Shown here: piece by piece, positions 15,001 through 21,777 of the stretch | Layout: every line of letters begins with the position of its first letter | How positions within the stretch are numbered: position 1 is the stretch's first letter | Assembly: GCA_018818105.1 (NCBI GenBank) | Contig: JAHISK010000055.1 | Coordinates: forward strand, 4,781 to 68,780 | Source: Candidatus Omnitrophota bacterium | GTDB taxonomy: Bacteria > Omnitrophota > Gorgyraeia > Duberdicusellales > 4484-171 | DNA: 64,000 bases | Direction of reading: 5' to 3' | Program-made: the position numbers and the translations under genes | The notes under the pieces: model-generated | Told to the model about the DNA's origin: nothing | What the model saw: the letters and a program-made list of their open reading frames with translations, nothing else | Databases searched by the model: none

Positions 15001-18000
15001 TTCACAAAATTATGGGCAATATGAGCCCTTTCTTTATCATCCGTTTGAATAGTAGCGTAATACGCCGCTTCTTTTCCGCTAAACGAATTACGCAGCATGC
15101 CAAACTGAACCGAAGGTTTCTCTTCTTCCAGCCTAGCCCTATCCGCCCGTTCTGTTATACCGCGCCAAGCATTAGCCGCGGCTGTTGAATCACCAGCTGC
15201 TATCGCTTGGCAATATTCTTCAGTGTAATTATTGAACTTCTCATCTTCATCGGCAAAAACCACATCTTCACTGCCAACTTTCACTTCCACGCCGCTGCCG
15301 CCGGGAGCGATAGAAATTTGCGCATCACCATTTTCAATCGCGCGCAATAACTTATTATAATAATCCACTTTAGCCGTATCATACCACGCGTGATGAGCCG
15401 CTAAATCAGCTATCTGCCTTGTCACCCAATCAACAGCTTCATCTAAATTATCAAAGTTACCCCTAAGATACGGTTTATCAGCCCAACTCCAGGTCATAAC
15501 AGAAAAACCAGCTACATCTAATATCTCCCAACGAATTGAAGATACCGTTCCCCAGCGAGGATCCCTTCCTACGGCTTCATCAACATACCCTTCCGTACTG
15601 CTAAGAACTAATCTATAATTACCTGTCGATAATACTGATTCCGTAATATGCGTAAAAATTTTACATCCATACGGTCCATACTCTTCTAATCCTTGATATT
15701 TATCAATAAGGCCTTCTTCAACAAACCGGTCATGATTAGCGTGCATAAACCGAACAAGACTAATCCAATTATAAGCCCCTGTTCCATAAGGTCCTAAATT
15801 ATATTCACTAGATTTTTCTTCGCCGTCATCACTAGACCGCGGATTCAGCATAAACGCCTGTTTAAGATTATTCCATGCCTGATCAATTTTTGTATAATTT
15901 CCAACAAGCTCATAATATGTTGTATCATACTCTTGCGTCTCTTGGTTATACTGATACTTCACCGCGTAAAAATGCTTAATTGTCAAAGTTGTAGTAGCTC
16001 CAACCACTTTCTTAATAGTTCCCCCGTTGCTGTCTAGAACTAATTCATATTGTAAAGTTATCTTGCCATCCCTCACATAAACAGATCCGTCATAAGATTC
16101 ACTGTACGTACCTAACTCATACCGTTTTCCTGTATTTTCATCTATATACCAGAAAGTATACGACCCAAGGTCAGTTTCACTACAATATGGCGGCGGATTA
16201 TATTCAAACTGAAGATTAACCGTTCTTTCTTCATTCCCTATCACTAAAATTGGCCTATCGGCAGGATCTGTAAGCACGTATTCTGATTGATATGGCATAT
16301 ATGTTACTTCCTCAGCGTTCTCATCAATAAACTTGGGAGAAATCTCAAAAACAGGCGACACAATATATATATCCTGAACCGTCATGCGCCGGGAACTTAC
16401 CGGCTGGCCAACAAACATATTCTTAATCGAGGTAAAATCTCCATCTCCAATTTCCCAATAACACGCCTTACCGGCCTTATCATAAGTAACCGCGTAATGA
16501 TGAATAGATTTCGTCCCATCTTCTTCTAAAACATACCCTGTAACTAAAACTCCTCTCCCGGAAGCGTCACATAAAACCTGTTCTTTTTCTTCAAGAGCGT
16601 CTATTTCCTCCGGTAAAGTTTCTGTCTTATTTATGCTATCAACCGCTAACGCGTTATCATTTGCCGCCACACCATCGCTATCATCACTAACAAACAATAC
16701 CGGTATTGTTCCATCAGGATTTGTCATCTCAACAGCATCATCATTCCACATTTCCAGTAGATCTGAATTAACCCCAAAATACGGTTTAGATTCATATCTA
16801 TCTTTTTTCGTACTCAAATATTCTCCGTACTCATCATAGATAAAAGTAATATGATTTTTCTCTATATAATGTTCTTCAGGTAAATCTACCACGCTATCAT
16901 TAAATTTTTGACCAAATTGATCTTCCGTTTCCACATAAATAGTTTCCTTATAACTGGCAATTTTCTCCCCTCTCTTACTGCCTTGTCCAACACGGCGATA
17001 TTTACTATCTTCTACAATTCTCCATGTCGCCGAACCTACTCCCACTATCTTATCTTGACTAACTTCATTATACGCCCCTAAGATAGCTTCTCTATTCTCA
17101 ACCCCGGCATCAATTAACTTTTCTTCTAAATCCTTACTATCAACAACATTCCAGACAATATAATCATTATAATCCCGAGGTTTTTCAATTATTTGCTCTT
17201 CCGTTAAAATATCAATATCTTCTTGAGAAATACCTCTATTTCCAAATTCCTCTTTAAGCGTAATTTTCTTTTCTTTAAATTCCTCACTTTTTGTCCTTGA
17301 AGAAACTACTTCAAACTTATCATCAAAATTAACATACTTAATATCATAAGTTGTATTTCTTTCTCTAATACAGCCTTCATTATTATCTCCCTTTAAACTT
17401 AAATCATAATTTAACGTAACCATTCCGCCGTCTTTATCGCTGTTAAACATATTATTATCATTATCAATATCTGTTGTGATATCTAATCCATTAACCTTTG
17501 CTACGATATACGCCATTGGACTAGAAAACCAAGTAGACTTAATTTCTGTTATCTGAAAAGCCTGACCCTCAAATTCACCCTCATCTTCATCCGTAGAAGA
17601 ATAATACTGATTAAATAAAAATTTAGTTTCGATTTTGTTATCTCTCTTACTTTTATAAGTTCTTAACCTTGTCACCTTAGTAGAACTACCCCATAATCCA
17701 CACTTTCTTCCCGTTCCCCCAGTATGTGAACTAGATACCCCTACACATACACCCGCTTCCGGATCACTTATACTGCTTTCATACATATCCCTAACATCTC
17801 TTGCGGAAATTGCTCCTTGAGATTCTGACCAATACTGATACTCATGAGTATCTGAATGACAAAAATGCTCCGTTGTTATATCTTTAGTATAATCATCCGT
17901 CATAATCATATACATCGGACTTTGTTCAGTCACCACGCAAGAAAGTAAAGGTTTCGTTGAATCTGGATCAGCCGCGCCTAGATTAGCATACATATCATTT

Positions 18001-21000
18001 CTAATTTTATCATCTGCCTCACCGGTAATCGCTTTTACTCCGGCAATGATTTCCGCCTCATTAGCTTTTATCTCATCTATAGAAAAATAATTATGCCCTT
18101 TAAGGGTTTTCGAATCAATAACAACTAAATTATAGTCACGCGATAAAAAATACTTAGTTTCCTTTTCTTGATAATCAACTAATCCGCCGGCATCATTATA
18201 CGTATACTCTATACTTTCTGAATAGGTAAACTCTCCTATATTACTCATTGCTTCCACTAACCCCATATTTAAATCCGCGGCATTATTTAAATTTAAATAC
18301 GGATTTGCCCCGGATAAAATTTGACTAAACGGTGTATGTTCTTCAATAACACCCCCGTCTTCTTCTTCAGAATTTACAAATTCAATAACTTCTGAATTAT
18401 TAAGCATATAACCAATCACTGCCTTAAAATCACTAATTGTCATATTTTTAATAGTTTCTTCAAAATCAGCAAATCCCGGATGAAAATCTTCTTTCACCTG
18501 AGCCAACATTGCCGGTAATTCATTTGCAAATCTCTGCAAACTTAAATCAATTTTGTTATAATTCTTTACATCCGGATCATCTGACAACTCTTCCACAAAT
18601 ACCTTATAACAATCTATATTATCAATTCCGGTTTGTCCTCCCGCTACCCACAATACATCCCCTTTCTGTTCAATTGCACCCAAACTAGTGCTTGACCACC
18701 TCACATTACGCCGAAACGGTTTACCTTCCGGCGCAAATTCTATCCCTAAATAAACCAAATATGATAACATATTAGTTATCTGTCTCGATAATTTGCTCCT
18801 AGTTAACAAATCTTTAACTTCCTGCGGCCAATTCGCCTCATCTTCAGGAAAAAACTGCTCTCCATTAAAATGCTCACTTACTCTAGCTGTCAACGCTAAA
18901 ACAATAGGCCCATAATCAATATTAAAGCTTAATTTTTTATTATCTATAATTGCTCCTAAATTATTAAACTGAACATATTTCCAAGTTTTAGCAATAAAAT
19001 CTGATTGCCATATACAAACATCAATTTTAAACTCTTCTTCTCCCGGCGTACCGCTCAAAAGATAAGTTTCCTGCAAAAAATCATGCGGACGCTCAACAAT
19101 TGAAACCATCTTCCCTCTACTATAATTCCTATCCCACATAAACTCTTGACCCAAAATATAACCTTCTTCTTTATTAATTCCCTGCTTCACTAAAAAATCT
19201 TTTACATAATCTAAATCACTTTGATCTGCCTGCGTACCTTCTTGAATTCCTCTTAACATTAAAAGTAAAAGATCTAAATTCCCCATATCTGTTCTTGACT
19301 GAAGACCTTCGTTATCCAACTCATTAAAAAAACAACTAAAATCAACGACATATAATTCACCATCAATAAAAATAAAAGCCGTAATATAACGCATATCATT
19401 TATTGAAATTTCATAGCTAAAATAATCATCCAGCCAATTTGACGTAGTATATCCCGGATCCATACCCCAAGCATCAGTAAATACAATATTCACATTTGAG
19501 CCAACCGCTCCGGCTTTTATATCTTTCATTTCAGGATTAGTAAGTTTTCTCGGTCCTGCTTCCGATTCCTTTACACTGCCGCGAGTTGCTAACCCTGTAC
19601 CCTGCCAATAACAAGTATCTCCCTCTTCAGTAGTAAAACGGTAAGAAATATTACCTTCATCAGTAGTAACCGTATCAGCAATGGCTTTAACTTCTTCGCC
19701 ATTACTTATATAGGTAAAAGCGCCTGTTTCTAAATTAACATCAACTACCCTGATATAATGCCCACGGCCATCAGCAAGAGTAACATGAGCTATAAATACA
19801 CCGTCTCGTGCTAACGTATCAGCAATATTTTCCAGATTTAAACCTGTAAATCCGTCTAAATCATACCCTAAAATACCCGCGTTTTCCTGTAGATTATCCA
19901 TAGTAGTCATGCCATCGCTGTCAATCAAAGGATTGGCGGCAACTGGTAAGTCTCCATTAGGAGTTAACCCCTCTAATATATAGGTAGCACAATTTGCATC
20001 ATTTACATTGAAAATAGTAGTTATAGGATTTATGGAAGTGCTTATAGGAAGAGTATCATTAACTGTATCATTAGTAGGCGGTCCGCGGGAACTAATACTA
20101 GTATAGGTAATCTGATTAAGAACCGTATCAGGATTTAAACCAAAGCTTCCCTCTGGACAATCATTATTTACTTCATTTAGATAGAAGAATAGAGTTGTTT
20201 GGTCGTTGGCAGGATTAACTGTATCAACAATATCAAAAACAATATCATTTTTTTGAGGAAGTTCGCTGGCAGGAGGACCATTACTAGGCATTATATTGTT
20301 ATATATATCAATTGGTTTTTTACTATCTGTGTTTTCTATTGTAAAAAGGCTATTTGTGTTCAATACTGGAGAATACCCTTGAGAAACCATATCATATTGA
20401 GAACCAGCATATTCCTGCTGATATCCGCCGATATCATCGCTGATAGGAACCTCTGATACACTCGCTCCCACACCGACTAAATTATCAACAATATCATCAT
20501 TATTTGAATTGGCCAATACGTCTTCATTTGCCGGCGCAATATCTTCATAAACTACTGATTCCGGCTCTACTGTAATAACAGGCACCTCTGTATCAGCATC
20601 AGCAACAATCTGCTCAGCCGCTTCCACAACACGCTGATCTTGGCAATAATAAAAATACGTTGTTAATACTTCTAAATAATCATTAATTACACCTTGATTT
20701 TGAGTTAAGACATTATCATTTGTAATAATACTACCATCAGAAACATCAGTATCACCAACAGTATCATCATTCTCTTCTATGCCAAATTCGCCCTGTTTTC
20801 CTCTAATCGGAGCCACAGGCAAAACCGCGACAAAAGGCTCAGAGGTCGGTAAAACTGCTGTGGTTGCCTGATTTTCTACATCAGAAACTTGTGTATCAAT
20901 CCCATAAATCCTAGCAACGAATTCCATAAAATTAGTTCGTTCCTGCGCGGAAAGGTCAATAACAACCGGGGACTGCTTAATTTGTGTAATCACAGCTTCC

Positions 21001-21515
21001 GCGGCTATTGTGCTAGGATCACCATTTAACTGTCTCATTAATCGCCACATAACCGTATCATCAGCACTTGCCGACGGAAGAAGAAGATTTATAATTCCCT
21101 GAAACAATCCTTTTAAACTGCTTTTATTCGTAGATGCCTTCGGCGAAAAACGTTCAGAAAGCTGTTTATATACTTGAAATAAAAGTTCGGGATTAGTCTT
21201 TAATTCTGTGATTTCTTCTTGCGTAAAGGGTAATTTAGATAATTCTTCAATGATTTTATCTATTGGAAGGAGATTCTTTAAATTCTGAATATTGGCCTTT
21301 GCAAGAAGAGGAATATCTAAACTGCCGCTTCTAGCCCAGGCAACATTAGATATAATAAGCGAAAAAGACAAAAATAACGCGATAATCCTCATCCAAGGTT
21401 TAACCCGCGGTTTCTGCAAATCGCTTACAGACAAAAAGCCGTCCTCTTGATTATTCTTATTAGAAAAATCTTGAGGATTTAAATTATTTATATTATTAGG
21501 TCTTCCCTCGCCCAT
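1..21515 (-). CDS. Giant secreted/membrane protein, partial (C-terminus beyond window start; >=7,170 codons in window). N-terminal signal peptide (MRIIALFLSFSLIISNVAWA), internal TM helices encoded ~14285-14460, C39-like papain-fold peptidase domain encoded ~9270-9720
   Basis: The ORF track lists no minus-strand ORF between 1 and 22657, only short antisense plus-strand ORFs. My own reverse-complement read from the ATG at 21515 (MGEGRPNNINNLNPQDF...) stays open over the N-terminal ~460 codons, and spot checks of the same phase at 3-122 and 4500-4540 show no stops; continuity across the remaining ~20 kb is inferred from the track, not read codon by codon. A GGAAG ribosome-binding site lies upstream. 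An alternative start at internal MRII... would give a classical signal peptide. The TM segment WWVWTIIIIIVAIVIAVVVTIYSAGTLGAPMAALVGALCAALFSAVVAG is read from 14285-14460, and the C39-like motifs ...KRYNCAVNALSAFL... and ...IAHFDDHFVTFLGVD...YLDNG... from 9270-9720. Confidence 0.7.
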   Translation of the reverse strand, partial: MGEGRPNNINNLNPQDFSNKNNQEDGFLSVSDLQKPRVKPWMRIIALFLSFSLIISNVAWARSGSLDIPLLAKANIQNLKNLLPIDKIIEELSKLPFTQEEITELKTNPELLFQVYKQLSERFSPKASTNKSSLKGLFQGIINLLLPSASADDTVMWRLMRQLNGDPSTIAAEAVITQIKQSPVVIDLSAQERTNFMEFVARIYGIDTQVSDVENQATTAVLPTSEPFVAVLPVAPIRGKQGEFGIEENDDTVGDTDVSDGSIITNDNVLTQNQGVINDYLEVLTTYFYYCQDQRVVEAAEQIVADADTEVPVITVEPESVVYEDIAPANEDVLANSNNDDIVDNLVGVGASVSEVPISDDIGGYQQEYAGSQYDMVSQGYSPVLNTNSLFTIENTDSKKPIDIYNNIMPSNGPPASELPQKNDIVFDIVDTVNPANDQTTLFFYLNEVNNDCPEGSFGLNPDTVLNQITYTSISSRGPPTNDTVNDTLPISTSINPITTIFNVNDANCATYILEGLTPNGDLPVAANPLIDSDGMTTMDNLQENAGILGYDLDGFTGLNLENIADTLARDGVFIAHVTLADGRGHYIRVVDVNLETGAFTYISNGEEVKAIADTVTTDEGNISYRFTTEEGDTCYWQGTGLATRGSVKESEAGPRKLTNPEMKDIKAGAVGSNVNIVFTDAWGMDPGYTTSNWLDDYFSYEISINDMRYITAFIFIDGELYVVDFSCFFNELDNEGLQSRTDMGNLDLLLLMLRGIQEGTQADQSDLDYVKDFLVKQGINKEEGYILGQEFMWDRNYSRGKMVSIVERPHDFLQETYLLSGTPGEEEFKIDVCIWQSDFIAKTWKYVQFNNLGAIIDNKKLSFNIDYGPIVLALTARVSEHFNGEQFFPEDEANWPQEVKDLLTRSKLSRQITNMLSYLVYLGIEFAPEGKPFRRNVRWSSTSLGAIEQKGDVLWVAGGQTGIDNIDCYKVFVEELSDDPDVKNYNKIDLSLQRFANELPAMLAQVKEDFHPGFADFEETIKNMTISDFKAVIGYMLNNSEVIEFVNSEEEDGGVIEEHTPFSQILSGANPYLNLNNAADLNMGLVEAMSNIGEFTYSESIEYTYNDAGGLVDYQEKETKYFLSRDYNLVVIDSKTLKGHNYFSIDEIKANEAEIIAGVKAITGEADDKIRNDMYANLGAADPDSTKPLLSCVVTEQSPMYMIMTDDYTKDITTEHFCHSDTHEYQYWSESQGAISARDVRDMYESSISDPEAGVCVGVSSSHTGGTGRKCGLWGSSTKVTRLRTYKSKRDNKIETKFLFNQYYSSTDEDEGEFEGQAFQITEIKSTWFSSPMAYIVAKVNGLDITTDIDNDNNMFNSDKDGGMVTLNYDLSLKGDNNEGCIRERNTTYDIKYVNFDDKFEVVSSRTKSEEFKEKKITLKEEFGNRGISQEDIDILTEEQIIEKPRDYNDYIVWNVVDSKDLEEKLIDAGVENREAILGAYNEVSQDKIVGVGSATWRIVEDSKYRRVGQGSKRGEKIASYKETIYVETEDQFGQKFNDSVVDLPEEHYIEKNHITFIYDEYGEYLSTKKDRYESKPYFGVNSDLLEMWNDDAVEMTNPDGTIPVLFVSDDSDGVAANDNALAVDSINKTETLPEEIDALEEKEQVLCDASGRGVLVTGYVLEEDGTKSIHHYAVTYDKAGKACYWEIGDGDFTSIKNMFVGQPVSSRRMTVQDIYIVSPVFEISPKFIDENAEEVTYMPYQSEYVLTDPADRPILVIGNEERTVNLQFEYNPPPYCSETDLGSYTFWYIDENTGKRYELGTYSESYDGSVYVRDGKITLQYELVLDSNGGTIKKVVGATTTLTIKHFYAVKYQYNQETQEYDTTYYELVGNYTKIDQAWNNLKQAFMLNPRSSDDGEEKSSEYNLGPYGTGAYNWISLVRFMHANHDRFVEEGLIDKYQGLEEYGPYGCKIFTHITESVLSTGNYRLVLSSTEGYVDEAVGRDPRWGTVSSIRWEILDVAGFSVMTWSWADKPYLRGNFDNLDEAVDWVTRQIADLAAHHAWYDTAKVDYYNKLLRAIENGDAQISIAPGGSGVEVKVGSEDVVFADEDEKFNNYTEEYCQAIAAGDSTAAANAWRGITERADRARLEEEKPSVQFGMLRNSFSGKEAAYYATIQTDDKERAHIAHNFVKFNGPRKSAVETMMYYRPGSMSNDHLWYQSVQEFKYFFGTLVLCAMWMNAHNHYYGKQTESGFLGITKKTTTQVQDVITETFMDIGGAICSQEIDTYSNQETSSTFLGVDFDDLGEAVEDFIGGDLGEIIGDLAETAIVLCLGVVLFPLSFISYLEGGFVSSSAETTRVQSDKDMIDYEEENIDVDKGLMWWVWTIIIIIVAIVIAVVVTIYSAGTLGAPMAALVGALCAALFSAVVAGTKAAMTYNIQHKFDNDSASDAVEAGSNDHRLEEENDKPDSMWEAFGDGFMDSIYQSGDSWIITIAMTILRMIPVVGEIIDGVYKIVSEILNGIAEILTQLIEFLDEIVKACVSNAGNFAYLSYLPAALAQVLRMGIWGLRWCIEAVNNYMLASTDNDQKPPKGTEKAGLSVSEGPWSERFSNAFARISYSVGPAGGNLSMQAANGAQLSQLWGEIIQAGLVQGAGMYLAEEMDNDALRIFAMVLVQALINDMMVKIDSNNNGQEIIFRDRESLVKENAELEMAGYEKPSITETYLKDTLGYVFVNFFQSYCTTLLTDWLISAAEVEDPTAADLYVNEETIDGIHYKWGTNDKGVMSENERKNRPENRFWRGLISSAVDEGITAPMFVLDVDSNSSNFGQYRFVKASSSIGGSGQELFTALFEMAYHNGEWKYNPPPARSGEGKRLDLFFNNTVIDVNAEYYDKEYFCDKTSITENELTALINSGVVRVVEGKAGQEFILWNISGVLTREDLTARLRDADVLLAAVGQGELSVDKVAAILSLWETAKFEFVYRDINGSEKTQDLKQAARNYKERVRGKNTFNSSLEIDGTYCAVALSETAGKKLRNVLAQNPARLIISQDGVLIEAAVVSVDDDGITIFRAGKEGPVKEKIPADKIAGIIGGTYVEINGRKVLVLGINGGQTSYLTEDSEGKLVVKTVESKEFKPASGVAWIDFEGMLKFVDSNFERYLAESFDDKDSKNKPEKTGILMSAGQPYNPSYTVGSSYYDSTRLLLSQNGSKKRGTGSYFGFFGEDWLDALRRWVMNFIMTLRDGTVLTGPGSAVLEGGVPAGVIAHPDFDSGYYDFYQEEENPIITVVSRYLRPELNLEKNINIGSLISNAAYGYSKYPGDLSVSRMWQVTGETSRGNLEVREVLKKTVTIDGKEEVRFSFGEIIVIDKVAAADDFVLMNTRNSSIKTYVFFGRDISEFAIVEPRPDVERLKSAISVTETVSQSQTDVAGALAKPAPRGMPIIFDKTEYACYVDLNDRGQPVIKTVNEVFPGITPQMRDVLRQFGRTIPEYSIDMDKRAEEEYEPRQLYSAWGQSVVAYMMDSDVYPENREFGTNMTGIYQGYQDVFSDIAYKLCELGVSTVAVSDIENYVGVLGQIAERDGKHFNLATALGDEKLFPELSYDIREKIAPYFAILYYSFVIKTEFSSSLVSGGISPESQERIAAASNELKQLVNKNIKSNPRLKSILGIVTLKTIADVVTENMFVSRDYFIKRGQWEQLCACGVIVLDASDSSQGAGRWNKFSGPAELNDKLSAEGIFDKEEILDIWEGLFYKHLEVVTGYKQGMGVFTSVQMQAAGDYINYGPAYKASLLMRILSPLTAVVAGLSKGGELVAAMFDKDSNPRLPKDTDLTVPVPDNVAFIPEEEGAIAHLADSQKIRDQIGIVAIDDPDYESKVVLLDWCTMLAALEEYYYNTGLSNNSPPFYRTEEGRIVFNIDMSQIREVLDAAGYKREEIDEFIVLLFIHESQPTESQAIAAQLDYIKLSRTLKIEVGDKRYNCAVNALSAFLIINGGDLGVSADQLPAVLVDLLLEFTEEVVGEDGQVSFSISMLGMFNAAKELGIDLSGKKFNTENLTTEQKQELLAVLVEIGPFIAHFDDHFVTFLGVDSEGNVIYLDNGKTKIVEFDKFLELWTGNALISKDKEIAVRGKAENLDEEAMANVRGRKIDDGVNDKEDDPDNRINELLNGNPQKGYNENDEESDARVEIPLLIPVVNFLPSKMRGTTQVIGPNSIESDLPSINDSSDIGDITNWAINNLNKLEGVNGDTYLESIVAYIDSIFGGQDSEITYHVSQVVDQGSFGDIVVGYLVEIAVQNINMMIGYSVSDGDELIDDFEQLVNDTNKIVDGFDEVETTDSVKQEKAKTVSVNVPKNDKKEDLKILKRVLNAVLLSRKGDYKFDVNTVIENDKGQSICSLVIFGEKMGRFYKLLAGSSFRESVYSDYSSKDRNGDSSKENLVGKNTSNKTENKDEKNSSENENEIMSTMLAQELVKAMVSTDNNQMINKAVCAIICFLNKLDDSCDNSGLLSSKPQENPNNKPLIIWAGSLEFPQGTNDVSCNGKTIAISGFQTENPGKLAKFVDSISKGVLSVEGAGNLEADQDDVAANSVDGSVGSKKIPFIQDKIVVVALLGGAAVSRIPQNLPAIAVNGETIKGVGGNPVIFVLLDKVYSENQKVLIDNLDIVYEKLQKIMAGLFINGPPGNSLCTKVDSQQSREFANVFILPSHENDNIVSSNAVNRISFLSYIIANVLKFESAPVKGEDLFVVVSKAMRDYLSMNPNVVLMPIYAVLGVDSNGVVTLVLSNSFGEDVQPVKAMEVSGGKYFSNESKIEYYVETTKETNFAIDIDGKLYIVKYMSDVRSPNSIGEYLAKYGNVRNGPRGIVPPEIRLPWIETSDKKIPASLIKQIGVNRFGLLVELFKDLDKACVFLENFAQVVEIIGVDLMKFVDEFLETAGSAIGSLEKILGRDIVDSAWEKDVKTYIVVLLDFDKFRDKFEELFERYPFGKKRVLNVIEKYGFGAFINIFYAEVEKDRQIIRDIAADIKGIEECYAYLMDIDNIFDNLGIPGLDKAQEILSHMPSLDNLIKSPFAEKEYKIYQLAVLLFYQNLTFRFSKEEYTALVDRILLFSHFSDSYEINHLFEMGIGAIQVYINFMQKFAVEAGLSIEEYDELSKGIFIALLSHEQAHSFISCHVDDAIHEFVAERVARQVIHNLNIFKLIENQIIIEAWEKVSLYGMYSVAKEGNSMVTGKYETAFAQLEWIESHPIDENTFSDSAVDIVRGYPNMKFGDFLRQLLITYRLRLNGFMLSVPKAYKEMNIIERIYSPVSYLMVSPDEISSILYWPIDCFYKKDNSFFRVNWEVTSGDPITEFNNNKEKAVGLLTKYGLVPEDIEFRYGTVAGVQLFINRVDDSSQPDKLIICCSPAVVEYLKQNFSGEELPVVLAAVILEEYLEKTGKPHLEAREVRMAFLAGYDKEITNKILKLESLAALEWMISGEDKMNSDPFKEGEKNSRSNANLPNPKDEHPFDKFSFGPGNFSSQICDPSFKPLLSDFQRNFLVAFFNLIEDFNESIGSGIGEFLTKDFGKGYNGHNLLSFLLLPQVYHVILDLSRVYDYSGNMGGGYGWPNILANPCSTDLCSTAGLEQGLIDNQVSDIQTGNNGNISGPVTFGNGTSTTFPSGTRYGDGSGVSNNSCQSSAISSQQEINTNNSSREQTADSRKPINISGLTIPTSPNKVESGSFYFSTHAQPESKVVNSFELTQLQEVLKITRDLSGPEKSSLHEAFAIWDEIAGENIKNTNGVEDVEDISGNTLKEAIDAKAKITFLACDMKEVMRILDPGVSYEYIDALTIGGARLGQGRDVKGKLIIVLLDQSIFAEDKFEYLMSALGHEFGGNVWFAIKDRVMEDKYIGNSALRRAYMEQLSFGQNCNNLRQLKSRLERRKKEVPSEWLSEIESMIAGVDERLKIEEKSFAVWKSQYVSIREKGGVSLPNQPVKDDSGDCTVGVLWDSFKDRMPTCFISSVAAGLFKGKDKKQRMISSEDINHVGFYGSAKEKVSENVFPITLGRESLGWASVVMSLKSPIDISGDEFVKVYVKFNSEKDKLGIPRARLMFFDDKWNRFDIVAASVKGELEGDCFVFDLKKLDIYRLFDFDKSRVVHIGLGIGDDSLSRGAYLGIEEGRKAMIEDLDCQVNIEKVVFLKQGDEKVGIPTIEGLLKEFEEYRNDNADVNNLIDKHGQDQVISLLDRAVLEDGSNQVYLSLARTVEARPELAKQLSEEAVAKLLKVYKQNVSDWKKTLLSKGVISAREIVSRGQRITLLNNIESVLVCLSENSPLVVSRIYEELGDSYNYRVRKIFGWIDSPKELAVAQWVINAADKINERSQKLGFETRISPAFLYSAAIGEGFGLRMNTKGYYKFADKNEYWAEISDMIGMHHWLDSIQVELGEVKAVGLLDKDVQVTKDIPGSQFKTGQEALDILAAFLVYRGEKFVKNAERILGKGQVSRMSAIERDFWTYAFYNGPSAAMSMLSQRKGRTAEDFMRVDGDNDNMWNSVKCNAVRVVSQEEALYKLGVFAGEKEEKQSKANSVLGKIASIINWAFSFVGSAEAGPGEAVKLADYDNRDMSGVCSEMISQKGVYADVNYKLGPDGWIEIEKYMSSPQRYNVSNGDELINVVVVGAKVYGYTNTEDIIINLGASSVIRKPLEDAEDDVDVEADNRRNVIGVMQVDCDLGVACYKIYYDDEKYLGRLSFSLGQDGFLVYKDHQNPISYKPTLQDGEALESVSWDLEVAELYLETSNRKIAVDMLISKVLKDEIKTDSDIKLNNSERGLIRIKCNRSDVSKNDWEEVPYLNEVFNSNSHKGVGASHGRIIFCSDEGIDSVEFMLDAQAAVSFEPVNYWQAYIYSRLRNIMGDKFREERSRKENIGIRNVLPETEVVEEEVEYWQNELDNYEVNQEWIENVYEVNQEWIENVYEVNQEWIENVSASESRYMGRAIDYNRAMPGVALNVAEKEANTKASQWSSLKIVDFNEINKNFTLAIDWLLTKYSHNEVSSFLEYVSRSGKTRAGPSEYLHSAFIPGKGWFINEKETENPFQLSLSFIHEFGAYLGQSHEDNLANEKEFAQTFMRTHPVFANLSVNFDKKIYSLGVTKYEYDVKSEEMIFHFDAATQAMIKANLPYDALPYALKQFNPSALIVVPDQDAKWMLAGSAQAQDYVDDSKGG
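717..824 (-). repeat. Perfect 3 x 36-bp tandem repeat inside the giant ORF, encoding (VYEVNQEWIENV) x3
   Basis: The unit aacattttctatccattcttggttcacttcata is repeated three times head-to-tail. The antisense ORF 683..886 shows the same periodicity. Confidence 0.9.
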
Positions 21516-21534
21516 ATCTTTTTTACTTCCGGCA

Positions 21535-21572
21535 TAAAAAAAAGCCGGGTTACCTTTTGAGGTAACCCGGCT
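21535..21572 (-). terminator. Intrinsic terminator / attenuator hairpin (perfect 12-bp stem AGCCGGGTTACC/GGTAACCCGGCT, loop UUUUGA, then U8) about 20 nt upstream of the giant-gene start codon
   Basis: Plus strand reads aaaaaaaagccgggttaccttttgaggtaacccggct. On the minus strand this is a hairpin followed by TTTTTTTT and then ATGCCGGAAGTAAAAAAGATATGGGC. Confidence 0.6.
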
Positions 21573-21599
21573 ATCCTGAATCAATTTTGTACCGAAAGA

Positions 21600-21740
21600 C
21601 GATAGATGTCCGTTCTCTACATCGCTCGGACGATAAACGTTCTTATACTCTCGTTTTTCGTCCTTCGTCTTACATCCTTCGTTACTAGGACCCGTGGCTT
21701 TGCGCCTCCCGATTACTCGAGATTTGCCATTTCTGAAAAA
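21600..21740 (-). ncRNA. Candidate c-di-GMP-I (GEMM) riboswitch aptamer in the 5' leader of the giant gene
   Basis: The minus-strand leader reads AAAUGGCAAAUCUCGA-GUAA-UCGGGAGGCGCAAAGCCACGGGUCC. This resembles the remembered Vc2 consensus GGCAAACC-stem-GNRA-stem-GGGACGCAAAGCC-nCGGG, including a 6-bp stem capped by a GNRA tetraloop. A terminator lies immediately downstream. Not run through a covariance model. Confidence 0.35.
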
Positions 21741-21777
21741 GCGTTAAACTCTAATTATTGTTGTCAAATCGTAGTTA

